DNA of 64,000 nt from Hyphochytrium catenoides (Eukaryota; Protista; Hyphochytriomycota): contig FLMG01000823.1 in NCBI GenBank assembly GCA_900088475.1, forward strand, positions 1-64,000, in the 5' to 3' direction. The notes under the pieces were generated by a model. It worked only from the letters and a program-made list of their open reading frames with translations. It was not told the DNA's origin and made no database searches. The translations under genes and the position numbers were made by a program. Positions within the stretch are counted from its first letter, which is position 1; each line of letters begins with the position of its first letter. Positions 11,120-21,321 of the stretch are shown here, one piece after another.

Positions 11120-11920
11120 CACAGCTGGGCAGCTCTGCTACCTACGCATCAGCATCAGCCTATTTCTTCAGCGATCAACCAATTTATTTCTATCTTAGAG
11201 ACAAGGTCTCTATGTTCATAGCGACCGCGAAGCACCCGCTAAGCACCCGTCCTACGGCTCTACCTTAGCCAGCCGGATAGAGGGGACGTGCTGGTCCTAA
11301 ATTTCATTGTTAGTAGGGGAAGGGAGTGCTAAGTCGGCCTGCATTATTAGTGACCGTCGCTGCTGTTTGTGGCGCTTTTTGCCGCGGCTGCTGCTCCATC
11401 GCGTGCAATTAGTTCATGCCCGTCTGCGGCTCTGTTTAAAAGGCCTCAGTGCTGCCATGACAGACGGCGGCATGAAAGGTCAGTCCTTACATAATAGGAG
11501 TGTTACTCTGCTTCTTTTTATATTCCTTAAAATCAGCCATAGCAGGTGGGCAGCTCTGCTTCCTACAGCACGCATCAGCCTATCTCTTCAGCGATCAACC
11601 AGTTTATTTCCATCTTAGAGACAACGCCTCCTCCATGATCATAGCGGCGGCTAAGCAACCGTCCCCTGATGTTCGCTCGGCTCTACCTTAGCCGGCCGAG
11701 AAGAGGGGAACCTGCTGGTCCTAAATTTTATTGTTCGTAGGGGAAGAGAGTGCTAAGTCGGCCTGGATTATTAGTGACCGTCGCTGCTGTTCGTGGCGCT
11801 TTTTGCCGCGGTTGCTGCTCCATCGCGTGCCATTAGTTCATGCCCGCCTGCCATGATTAAAAGGCCCCAGTGCTGCCATGACCGGCGGCGGCATGAAAGG
11901 TCAGTCCTTACATAATAGGA
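11120..11920. repeat. Tandem duplication of a ~380-bp non-coding block (copies ~11120-11499 and ~11541-11920, period ~421 bp)
   Basis: Both copies contain gcatcagccta, gcgatcaacc, tgctggtcctaaattt and tattagtgaccgtcgctgctgt, and both end in ggcatgaaaggtcagtccttacataatagga. Confidence 0.9.
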
Positions 11921-12039
11921 CAGTCTGTCTGAGGCGGTTGGGGCGCTTTACTTGGTTCCAGCATGCTCAGCCGCAGCGCCCATGATGGCTGGAGGCCGGG
12001 AAGAAACAATGGGAGGGGAGAGTAGAAAGAAGAGGACGA

Positions 12040-12145
12040 AGAGAGAGAGGACAGAGCGAGAGAAAGAAGGAGAGCGAGAGACAGACACACACACACAGAG
12101 AGAGAGACACAGAGAGAGAGAGACACACACAGAGAGAGAGAGACG

Positions 12146-12186
<41 letters not shown>

Positions 12187-12293
12187 ACAGAGAGAGAGAG
12201 AGTGAGAGAGAGAGAGAGAGAGAGACAGAGACAGAGAGAGAGAGACACACACAGAGAGAGAGAATGAGAGAGAGAAGAGAGAGAGAGAGAGAG
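12040..12293. repeat. Compound (AG)n/(AC)n microsatellite
   Basis: Long agagagag/acacac tract. Confidence 0.9.
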
Positions 12294-13233
12294 ATGGGGG
12301 AAGAATAGAAGAGCGCTTGCCAATCCCTTTGTAGGGGAGGAGTGGCAAGATGAGGAGACAAAAGCCCAAATTCATCCTAGAGTATGGAAGAAATACGAAT
12401 TGGAAAAGAACAATTTCCGAGTTTAGTAGTCTAGAGGGTTACATAATAACTATTGGAGTCGAGAGCAAGATGTTTTTCTCGAATACAAAAGGCTCTGACC
12501 GATAAGAGCGGTCCTCATGCGGCGAACAGCAGGTGAACAAAGAGGAGCGGGTCTCGCAGCAGGAGTGAGAGGCCTCACAGTGTACATACAGCGGCCTCTG
12601 TCTTCTCTTCCTTCTTCTGCGTGCTCCATGCTCTTCTCCTTCTCCTGTAGGCAGCAGGCTGCTGCTGCGTGGTGGCTCCCTTTGACTCTCCTGCTACTGA
12701 TCCCTTGCATGGCTATTCTTTCTTCTTCTCTTCTTCTTCCTCTGTTGCCAAGTGCGAAGAGAAGGTGGGTGGTTACCTGGCTCAACCAGCTCCTCTTCTT
12801 CTTGGGACAGTAACGTTCAGCGCTTCCAATGCTTCTGCTGAATCTTTTTGTTCTTCGATGACATCAGGGAATGTGCAGTGGATGAAGAGACAAGAGAGAG
12901 AAAGTGTCAGGTGTAGTTCACTGACTAGCTTAGGAACTTCCCAGCCCACATTATCCAGCTCCAAGAGGGGAGAATTCTCTGCTGCACTTCTATGAGGCTT
13001 CTTCTTTTCCTTGGTCTTTGTACCTACGAATGCTTGCTCTTCTCCCACTCCCAGAGCTTCCTTTTTGACATACCAGGGTCCTTGACTTTCTTAGGACTAG
13101 TCCTAGCCTGCACTTCTCCTTAAAAAGTAGGAACGGCAAGGTTGGAAAGAAGGATGGAGGCATCGCCCGACCCCCAGCTGTTTTTCCCAGGCCACTCACT
13201 GCCTTAATTATAGGAAAAGGGTTCGCAGGATGT

Positions 13234-13234
<1 letters not shown>

Positions 13235-13268
<34 letters not shown>

Positions 13269-13288
13269 CTCTCTCTCTCTTCTCTCTC
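13235..13288. repeat. (CT)n / poly-T microsatellite
   Basis: Direct observation. Confidence 0.8.
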
Positions 13289-13663
13289 ATGTTACCCAGT
13301 ATCACTCTTTTCGTTCTTCATTCTGTTTGCCCTTTTATCTCCCACCCATAACTTGTAGGCCTCGAGAATCTAGAGATCTTCCCTCTCCCTGGCTAGGCCC
13401 TCTCATGGTGGTAGCAAGAACTCTTATCTGAGAGCCTCCTTCTGTCCCTCTAAGCTGCCTCCTATCCTCATCCTTCTCACCGAAGCTGCGCTTCACAATA
13501 AAATCTTCAGCAAACGCCGAAAGAAGAGCAAAAGTATCGACATAACAACGCTTTCCTTGTCTCATCTGAGGTTCTCTGCTTCTTTTCTCCTTTGTGTTGT
13601 CTGAGCATCTGGCATACTCATCGACTAGAACTTTGTGGGCCGAAGAAGTGTAAGCGGGAAGCA

Positions 13664-16123
13664 ATGGATACTCTCTCTCAGTCATCGGCTAGGAATAGCT
13701 CCAATGCCGCGTCCTGCTCTTGTGCCAACCCGCTCCCTGAGCAGCAGTGCTGCCGAGGGAATAAGCAGCAGGAGAGAGCTGAATGTTCTGCCCCAGAGGA
13801 GGAAGAGGACATTATGAAGCTTGAGAAACGAATGAAGAACGTCGTAGAGCTCACAGCCGCAGACAACATTGCCCAGAAGACGGTAGAACACGTGCATGAG
13901 GCGGTCCAGATCATAGAGAAACCGCCCATAGTCCACGATATCATCCACGACAAGACCATTCACATTGTGGAGCCTATTATCAACAAGGAGGTGGAGGTCG
14001 AGCATATCAAGCATCACACCGTGGAGAAAGAAGAGTTCGGAGGAAAGAGAAGAGTGGATGAAGGACAGAGCTCTGTGGCTCCTGAAGGATACACTATCTC
14101 TGAGCAGGCTCTACGATCCGGCGAGGCCCACAAGAATGTCTCCCATGTGAGAGAGAAGGACGAGCGGAAGCATCAAGTGCCTATCGTTAACACACTTGTC
14201 AAAGAAAGAGACGTCCACGTGGTCCAGCCGATCGTTAACAAGGAGAGAGAAGTAGAGCACGTCAAGCATCACACTGTGGAGAGAGAGGAATATGGGGGAA
14301 AGAGAAGAGTTCAAGAAGGAGAGAGCAGGACCGCTCCTGCTGGCTACCAGATCTCGAAAGAGGCAATTGCACAAGGAGAGCAGCACAAGAATGTGTCTCA
14401 TGTTGGAGCAAGAGAGGAGCTTCGAGAGCAAGCCCCAATCATCAACAAGTTCGTGCACGAGAGAGATGTACATATGGTCCAGCCTATTATCAACAAAGAG
14501 AGAGAGGTGGAGCACGTTAAGCATCACACTGTGGAGAGAGAAGAATACGGAGGAAAGAGAAGAGTGGATGAAGGGGAGAGCAGAGTGGCTCCTCAGGGCT
14601 ATACTATCTCTGAGCAGGCCATCAGAGAAGGAGAGGCACACAAGAATGTCTCTCACGTCGCAGAAAGCCGGGAGCTAAAGGAGCAAGCCCCTATTATCAA
14701 CAAGCTTGTGAGAGAGAGAGACGTGCATATGGTCCAGCCTATTATCAACAAAGAGAGAGAAGTGGAGCACGTCAAGCACCACACAGTGGAGAGAGAGGAA
14801 AGCGGAGGAAAGAGGAGAGTGGACGAAGGCGAGAGCAGAATGGCTCCCCAGGGATATGCTATCTCAGAGCAAGCTCTGCGGGCTGGAGAGGCGCACAAGA
14901 ATGTCTCTCATGTGGGCGTGAGGGAGGAGCTCAGAGAACAAGCTCCTGTTGTTAACCAGCTTGTGCGGGAGAGGGACGTCCACATGGTCCAACCAATCAT
15001 CAACAAAGAGAGAGAAGTGGAGCACGTCAAGCATCACACAGTGGAGAGAGAGGAAAGCGGAGAAAAGAGGAGAGTAGACGAAGGCGAGAGCAGAATGGCT
15101 CCCCAGGGATATGCTATCTCAGAGCAAGCTCTGCGGGCTGGAGAGGCGCACAAGAATGTCTCTCATGTGGGTGTGAGGGAGGAGCTCAGAGAACAAGCTC
15201 CTGTTGTTAACCAGCTTGTGCGAGAGAGGGACGTCCACATGGTCCAACCAATCATCAACAGAGAGAGAGAAGTGGAACACCTCAAGCATCACACGGTGGA
15301 GAGTGAAGAGTTCGCAGGAAAGCGAAGAGTGGACGAGGGAGAGAGTGGAGTCGCTCCTGCTGGCTACCAGATATCCCAACAAGCAATAGCACAGGGAGAG
15401 ACACACAAAGATATCTCTCACGTGCGTGGGGGCAACGCTCTGAGAGTGCAGCCAGCGGTGGTAAATCAGGAGGTACATGAAAGAGACGTCCATATGGTCC
15501 AGCCAGTGATCAATAGAGAGAGAGACGTCGAGCATATCCAGCACCACACCGTGGAAAAAGGAACAAGGGGGGAGAAGAGAGTGGTTGATGAAGGCACCAC
15601 AGCGTCGGCTCCTGCCGGGTACAAGCTGAGTGAGAAGGCCTTGAGAGAGGGAGAAGCGCACAAGAACGTACAAGTTCAAAGAGAGAAAGACGCAGTCCAA
15701 GAGAGAGAGGCAGCAGTAAACCAGATTGTCCACGAGAGAGACGTCCACGTCGTCCAGCCCGTTGTCAACAAAGAGAGATACGTGGAGCACGTCTTCAGGC
15801 ACAGGGTGGATGAGACCGAGCATGGTGGCAAGAAGGTGGTAGATGAGGGATATGTGGCTGGTGCTCCGGCAGGTTACCGGATGGGAGAAGAAAGACATCA
15901 AGGAGGTTTGCGAAGGAGAGGTTCTTCCTCATCTTCGTCTTCTTCCTCTAGCTCGTCGTCTGACGATGAGAGTACGGCCAGGACGGGATACCGTACCAAG
16001 AGGAGTAGTGGGACGACGACGGGCACTACTACTGGCAGTCAGAGCACCGTAGAGAGTGATAGCACCGTGCCGAAGAAGTCTCTAGGACAAAAAATCAAAG
16101 GAGTATTCAAGGGCCATCACTAA
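13664..16123 (+). CDS. Dehydrin-like protein, paralog 3, carrying 8 tandem 85-aa His/Val/Glu-rich modules
   Basis: Intronless ORF, first ATG at 13664. APEEEEDI motif; the V(Q/E)P codons recur every 255 bp at 13966, 14221, 14476, 14731, 14986, 15241, 15496 and 15751; GLRRRG-S13-DDE; C-terminal KKSLGQKIKGVFKGHH. Confidence 0.9.
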   Translation: MDTLSQSSARNSSNAASCSCANPLPEQQCCRGNKQQERAECSAPEEEEDIMKLEKRMKNVVELTAADNIAQKTVEHVHEAVQIIEKPPIVHDIIHDKTIHIVEPIINKEVEVEHIKHHTVEKEEFGGKRRVDEGQSSVAPEGYTISEQALRSGEAHKNVSHVREKDERKHQVPIVNTLVKERDVHVVQPIVNKEREVEHVKHHTVEREEYGGKRRVQEGESRTAPAGYQISKEAIAQGEQHKNVSHVGAREELREQAPIINKFVHERDVHMVQPIINKEREVEHVKHHTVEREEYGGKRRVDEGESRVAPQGYTISEQAIREGEAHKNVSHVAESRELKEQAPIINKLVRERDVHMVQPIINKEREVEHVKHHTVEREESGGKRRVDEGESRMAPQGYAISEQALRAGEAHKNVSHVGVREELREQAPVVNQLVRERDVHMVQPIINKEREVEHVKHHTVEREESGEKRRVDEGESRMAPQGYAISEQALRAGEAHKNVSHVGVREELREQAPVVNQLVRERDVHMVQPIINREREVEHLKHHTVESEEFAGKRRVDEGESGVAPAGYQISQQAIAQGETHKDISHVRGGNALRVQPAVVNQEVHERDVHMVQPVINRERDVEHIQHHTVEKGTRGEKRVVDEGTTASAPAGYKLSEKALREGEAHKNVQVQREKDAVQEREAAVNQIVHERDVHVVQPVVNKERYVEHVFRHRVDETEHGGKKVVDEGYVAGAPAGYRMGEERHQGGLRRRGSSSSSSSSSSSSSDDESTARTGYRTKRSSGTTTGTTTGSQSTVESDSTVPKKSLGQKIKGVFKGHH

Positions 16124-17722
16124 GCAGCCGGAAGTAAGGGATAAAAGTTAGTTGACCTAAGTCACAGATGTCACTATTAAAAATCATTGACTAGTGTTGC
16201 CTATGTACCAGCTTCGGAGCTTGCCTTCATTGTTATAGGTTACTTGGCGAGGCATAAGGGATGGCACTGTTGAGACTTCTTTGTCCATGGCTTAGAGACC
16301 TACCTGACCGTGGGTAAAGAAAGGATGATTGTTGTGTGAAGAGAAGAGAATACGGCTGTTATAAAGCAATCATCAGAAGCAGAGCTCTTAGCTGATGATC
16401 TTCACCACCACTTACAGCAGACCCTTCTGCGTTAGTACCGCCGTTCTTTAGTTCACTCTGTGCTTCATCCTGAACTCACGGTGGCTGCAACGAAGTAACC
16501 CACTGCTGCGGAAGAGGAGAAGATGAATGAACCGGTACCTCCACTGCTGCGGCGCTGTGACGGCTTGGTGGGCTGCTGGGCCATCATAGCATCAAGGCCC
16601 GACAGAACCTGCTTCCCTCCAACGATGGAGTGTACTTCTCCCTAGGGAGAGACATAGAGACATAGAGAACACTAGCTTCTCAAGCAGTTGTTGGTCTAGA
16701 GTTTCCTGCGAGGAGTTCTACCAAGAAGAGAATCATCATCATCAACGCCCTGAAAGGGGCGATTGTAGAGAAGAACGAACACAAGTACAGGTACAGTAAG
16801 TACTACTACTTCTTTCACAAGTACAAGTACTTGTACCTACACAAGCAAGTGAAAGACGACAATTCTCAATTTGTACTAGTAAATTCTGGTTCTTGGCCTC
16901 TCATCTTCTTCCCAGCAACCCTCCTTATGCACCGCCTGCTGTGCCCCTTGTACGCCAGAAAGGAAGAAGATCTTACGAACCGCTGCGCTCGAAGTTTTGC
17001 TTCTTCCCTGCTGCTGGTGCTCTTCGTCCCTCGCTGCTCGGTAAGGGTGTTCTCTTTCTCCTCTCTAGTTCTTCTCGTACATGTGCAAAGGGCTCAAAGA
17101 AGAGTGGCAGCAGCGGTGGTAGTAATGAGTTGTACCTCTATGGCTTTGGATTGTTGTTATTTGCTCTGTCATCCCTCATCATACATAAGAGCCTTATTAT
17201 ACAAAAAGGACTCAAGCTTGTTTGACGACGAGCCCATGAGAGCACGGCTAGCTTTTTATGTTGTTAGGAAGAAGCTAGGGGGAGAAGAGACAACTATCCA
17301 GTCAATGTGCTTGCTTAGCCCTAAGCGGCTGCCTGTTTATTCTTCTCACCCTTCAACAAAAGCTTACGTTTTTCTGACTAACCTTCGTGCCAGGAAAAGT
17401 GCCTCAGCTTTCAATAAAAGCTGGTTCTCATTAGGTTTCATAAATGGTCTTTCTTTGCTTCTTTTCCTAACCCCGACCCTCCTGTCCTCCACAATGTTCT
17501 GTACTCCTGCGGGACTGTAAGTTCTGAGCTCTCGTTGTTCTTGACAATCCTGGTGGTGAGAGCACACAAGAAAACTGCTGCCAGTTTCCGTTCTGCCAGA
17601 TATCTCACAGACGACCACAGCTCCTAGTAAGAGCATTCAAGTCCGAGAGGAGAGAGAAAGAGGACTGCAGCAGCGATATATCTTTTGAACCAACTGGTGC
17701 CCGGTCGTTCAGCGATCACACC

Positions 17723-18292
17723 ATGTCGTCCTACCAGAGTAACACCGTTATGGGATCAGCCCAGCAAGAAGGCAGCCGCCCGGTCGCCAGCGGTACTTAC
17801 GCTGCAGACCCGCTCAGTCAGCAAGGGGTGGAGAACGTTCAAGGAAGAGATAGATATCAAAAGGGCGAAAGGCAAATGGATACAAGAGGTCCGGAGGAGG
17901 AAGAAGACATTATAAGGCGGCAACAGGGCGGCCTTCCAGGAGTGCAAGAAGGAGACATCGTAGTGGAGAAGCCTGCAGCTGTCAGGGAAGAGGTACATGA
18001 AAAAAATGTCCACGTTGTGCAGCCAGTAGTCCACCGCCAGCAGGAGGTGGAGCATGTGCAGCATCACACAGTGGAGAGCAGGGAAAACCTGGGAAAGGAG
18101 GTGGTGGAAGAGGAAGGCCAAAGGGGCCTCACCCATGGCTCTACGGCGCCTCCAACCGGAGGGCCGATGGGAAGAGAGGCGGCGAGCGTCGGGCCAACGA
18201 CGGAGGAGCATCACGAGAAGAAGACAATGGGAGAGAAGATAAAGGATGTCTTCAAGGGAGGTCGCCATAAGGAGAAAGGCCAGCACCCTTAA
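17723..18292 (+). CDS. Dehydrin-like protein, paralog 4 (short, lacks the S-segment)
   Basis: Intronless 189-aa ORF. Motifs: RGPEEEEDI; PAAVREEVHEKNVHVVQPVVHRQQEVEHVQHH; C-terminal EKKTMGEKIKDVFKGGRH. Confidence 0.88.
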   Translation: MSSYQSNTVMGSAQQEGSRPVASGTYAADPLSQQGVENVQGRDRYQKGERQMDTRGPEEEEDIIRRQQGGLPGVQEGDIVVEKPAAVREEVHEKNVHVVQPVVHRQQEVEHVQHHTVESRENLGKEVVEEEGQRGLTHGSTAPPTGGPMGREAASVGPTTEEHHEKKTMGEKIKDVFKGGRHKEKGQHP

Positions 18293-18964
18293 GAAGAATG
18301 GTGGTCGTCGCCTTTCCATTTTCCCCGTCTATCTGTCTAAGAGAGTCACGGATGACCTCTCCTGGTCGAGGTTGATGTACATAATTCATAATGAACATAT
18401 GTATTTTTGCGTGACGAGCGGAAGGATGATTAGGGCCATGGCGAGAGTTGTGGCAGCATAAGCACTGCGTAGTCTCACTCTGGTTGCTGTCAGTCCGCTT
18501 TCTTGGGTTCTCTCTTTATGTGGAATATTGTCCTTCTTTGCTGCTCTTCCATGTCCGGAGCTTTCGACTGTCTTAGCCTTTGTAAGTCCTTGCGGCTCTT
18601 CTTGCTTCTTCCATGCCCTGCCAGAGAGGGCCTCCTACACTGGGCTGGTGGTCAGGCGAGGCTCTCTTTACTCGCCACTTTTATCGTGGACGGCCTTCTA
18701 TGCTAAGGAGTCGAGCTTCTTTCTCTGTGCTGCTCTCTGATTCCCTCTTCCATCTTCTCTACTATGGCATTGTACATGGGACTCAATAAACTCATGAAGC
18801 TTGCCTGCCGTCTCCATTGACGAAAAGGTTGGGACGGCTATGCATTTTAACGCAAACAGATAAAACAACTGATACTTTCTACCACCTTATGATCTTCCTA
18901 GTCTACTCATAGTACCTCATGAGAAGCTCTGGTCAGTAAAGCGACAATTGTAAGACAGCCCAGA

Positions 18965-18996
18965 TTTCGCGCCACAAAATTTCTTAATTTTCGCGG
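18965..18996 (+). promoter_or_regulatory. Two putative E2F-type sites (TTTCGCGCC, TTTCGCGG) upstream of HUS1
   Basis: The first matches the TTTSSCGC consensus and the second is a near match; both lie ~400 bp upstream of a DNA-damage checkpoint gene. Confidence 0.35.
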
Positions 18997-19371
18997 CAAC
19001 TGCAAGAAGTATTGCAACTCCAAAATTCGCTCGGACTCAGACGAGACTGCCTCTTCCCCAGAGCGCTTGGTTTCTTCGGACAATCTCAGTCTGCATATGG
19101 CACAAGGGCAGTGTGCTAGGGGAACAAAGAACTCTTAACTCACATATTTCACGACTGCATCGCATAACACTGATTGACAGCCAGGGGCGGCAAGTTCCAT
19201 CGCCATTCTCTCCTTGATCGCGGTTAGTGACCGATAGCTTGAAGGTGATCCATCATCCAAGTGTCCGGTTGTGAAGAACATTATGGCCAGCAGCTCAGGG
19301 CCGCCAAGTGCGTTCCCTTTGGATTGGCAAAGCCTCATCGTGCCTGAGCTGAGCTCTCCTTGACAAGGAAG

Positions 19372-21282
19372 ATGAGGTTCAAGGCTAAAATTGCGAGGGA
19401 CTTAATCTTAGCTTTTAGAAGTAAGCCCAATCTGCTACTCTTTCTTCTACTTTCTCTCCCTGCAAGCCGCGATCCGTGATTGACACTACCATTGCTTGTG
19501 TGGACAAGTAGACGTAGTGCAGACGCTGGAAAAGGTTAAGAAGATTGGCATCGTTCAGCTGAAGCCGGACTCCTTTAACATCATCATCAAGGACTCGAGC
19601 GCAACTGACACGGTGCAGTGCTACTGCGTCCTGAAGTCGGTGAGCCCTCTACATAGTAGCTGCCTGGCGTCCGCTCCTCATTCGTTCCTATGATACTCAC
19701 TTCTAAATTCTGCTCTGTGGACTCCAGGACGCATTTTTCCACGACTATCGGATTGAGAGCCGCGCTGAAAATAGGATTGGCTTTCACATTAGTCTCTCCA
19801 GCTTGGTACAAGCTCTGCTGTCAGGAAAAAGCGCACCGCTAATAGTTCTAAGCCTTTCAAAGACCAAGGAAGACGGCAGGCCTTGCCTCTCTATGCAGGC
19901 ACAGGTTCGTAGCACCACTAGGGCTCACTTCTCTTTCTTTCACTGTTCCACCTTCTCATGTCCCTATTGTCGTCCCTCTCCTGCTCTTCTATCTCAGTGA
20001 TAATCTTCGCTCGCTCCTCGTCGCTCCCGGCTCTGGGCGCTGAGTTCTCTGCCGACTGGTTCTCTTCTTGCATCTTCTTGCATCCCTAGTCTGTGGACAT
20101 CCACATAACCCATGACATACCAATCGCCCTCATTCCGGACCCTGAGATGGTCGAGTACGCTGTCCCCGACATCCCTGCACCAGAGGTACAGAGTCTGTGG
20201 CTTTCATTTGCTGTTATATTTTCCATTGATAGCGTGATCCTGAAGCATTACTTCCTAACCGTTGCTTCCTCACCGTGATAACCTCGTTGTCCGTCTCATG
20301 GATTGTCGGGTTACTTCCTCTCTGACTGACCGAACGTCATACTCTGTTCCGGTCCCTGAATAGGTGGCTCTTGAAATGCCGCCACTCAAGTCAGTGAAGG
20401 CAGTAGTGGAACGGCTAAAGGGGATCAATCGTTTCATCCAGATGGAAGCCACCATGGGAGGCAATATCACTCTGCGAGTAGAAACAGAAGCAGTGCGCAT
20501 TCAAACTTTTTATACAGGACTAGAAGCTAGGCCTGACCTTACAGGTAAGACAGCACAAGGACAGCGGTCCTATAACAGGATTGGATGTTGCCATATGTGA
20601 TGCCGACGAATCGGACCAATCAATGTTGTCTCCGAGAAGCCGAAAGGCGCACATGATCGTTCAATCACACGCACCCAAGAGAGGAGGTGATATTTGTTTC
20701 TGGAGGCATCTAATATGAATCCTTGCCGTTGTATGTTTCTTGTTGTTCAGAGGAAGGAGGAAGCCAGACACAAGGCCAACCGGTGGAGGTCAAGGTTGAT
20801 GCTAAGAATCTTCTATGTACCATTCAAGGCTTGATCCAGCCACAATCAGTGCTCTGCCGTAAGTCTCACTTGTTGGCTGCTGTGCGGCTTGGTCTAGCTC
20901 TTGTCATCTATCGAAGTCTTTGATATCATTGACCTTTCCCAGTTGCAAGAATGTGAACGGTTCAGCCTAAAGCCCCCACCTCTGGGTCAAGAGGCTAGTT
21001 TTTGTCTTGCTAACTTGATCTAGGCAGTTTCGCTCGTCTAATGTTTTGCCTTTATCCCTTACAAGGACGTTCTGACTCCCTGATCCTTGCTTATTTGCTC
21101 TCTCATTTCTGAATTTCCACTTGCCTCTTCAACTGTTCTCTTCTCGGAAACTATCTTTTTTGACCCGGGCATACGCGGTGTCGGACTCAGTGATCGCGGA
21201 GAAATATGCAGTTGCAATGCACGTTATCCTATGGGGAGAAGCGGGGACAATTACTTATTTTATCCCTGTCCTGATAACTTAG
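19372..21282 (+). CDS. HUS1: Checkpoint clamp (9-1-1) subunit HUS1, 7 exons
   Basis: Spliced product reads MRFKAKI...NVVQTLEKV...FHDYRIES...GRPCL...ITHDIPI...PPLKSVKAVVERLK...NITLRVETEAVRIQTFY...VKVDAKNL...ITYFIPV*. These are typical Hus1-family motifs, and the GT-AG junctions I checked are phase-compatible. Confidence 0.88.
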
Positions 21283-21321
21283 AGGGAAAAGAGGAAATGG
21301 GGAATAGGCTAGAAGTACTGG

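Noticed and set aside
11281-11500. snRNA-like words on the minus strand of the duplicated block (GCCTTTTA like U5 loop 1, ATTGCAC like U1 loop II)
   Set aside because: ATTGCAC is not conserved in copy 2, the U5 loop lacks its invariant C, and there is no correctly placed Sm site.
13920-15890. Regular repeats considered as a CRISPR-like array
   Set aside because: These are in-frame coding tandem repeats without unique spacers, in a eukaryotic context.
13678-15901. Long antisense ORFs over paralog 3, and likewise 5654-6658, 9875-10336 and 17756-18319
   Set aside because: Shadow frames produced by codon bias and repetitiveness of the sense genes; no independent protein features.
16831-17520. 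229-aa ORF between paralogs 3 and 4
   Set aside because: Non-ATG start, no recognisable motifs, and composition like non-coding sequence.
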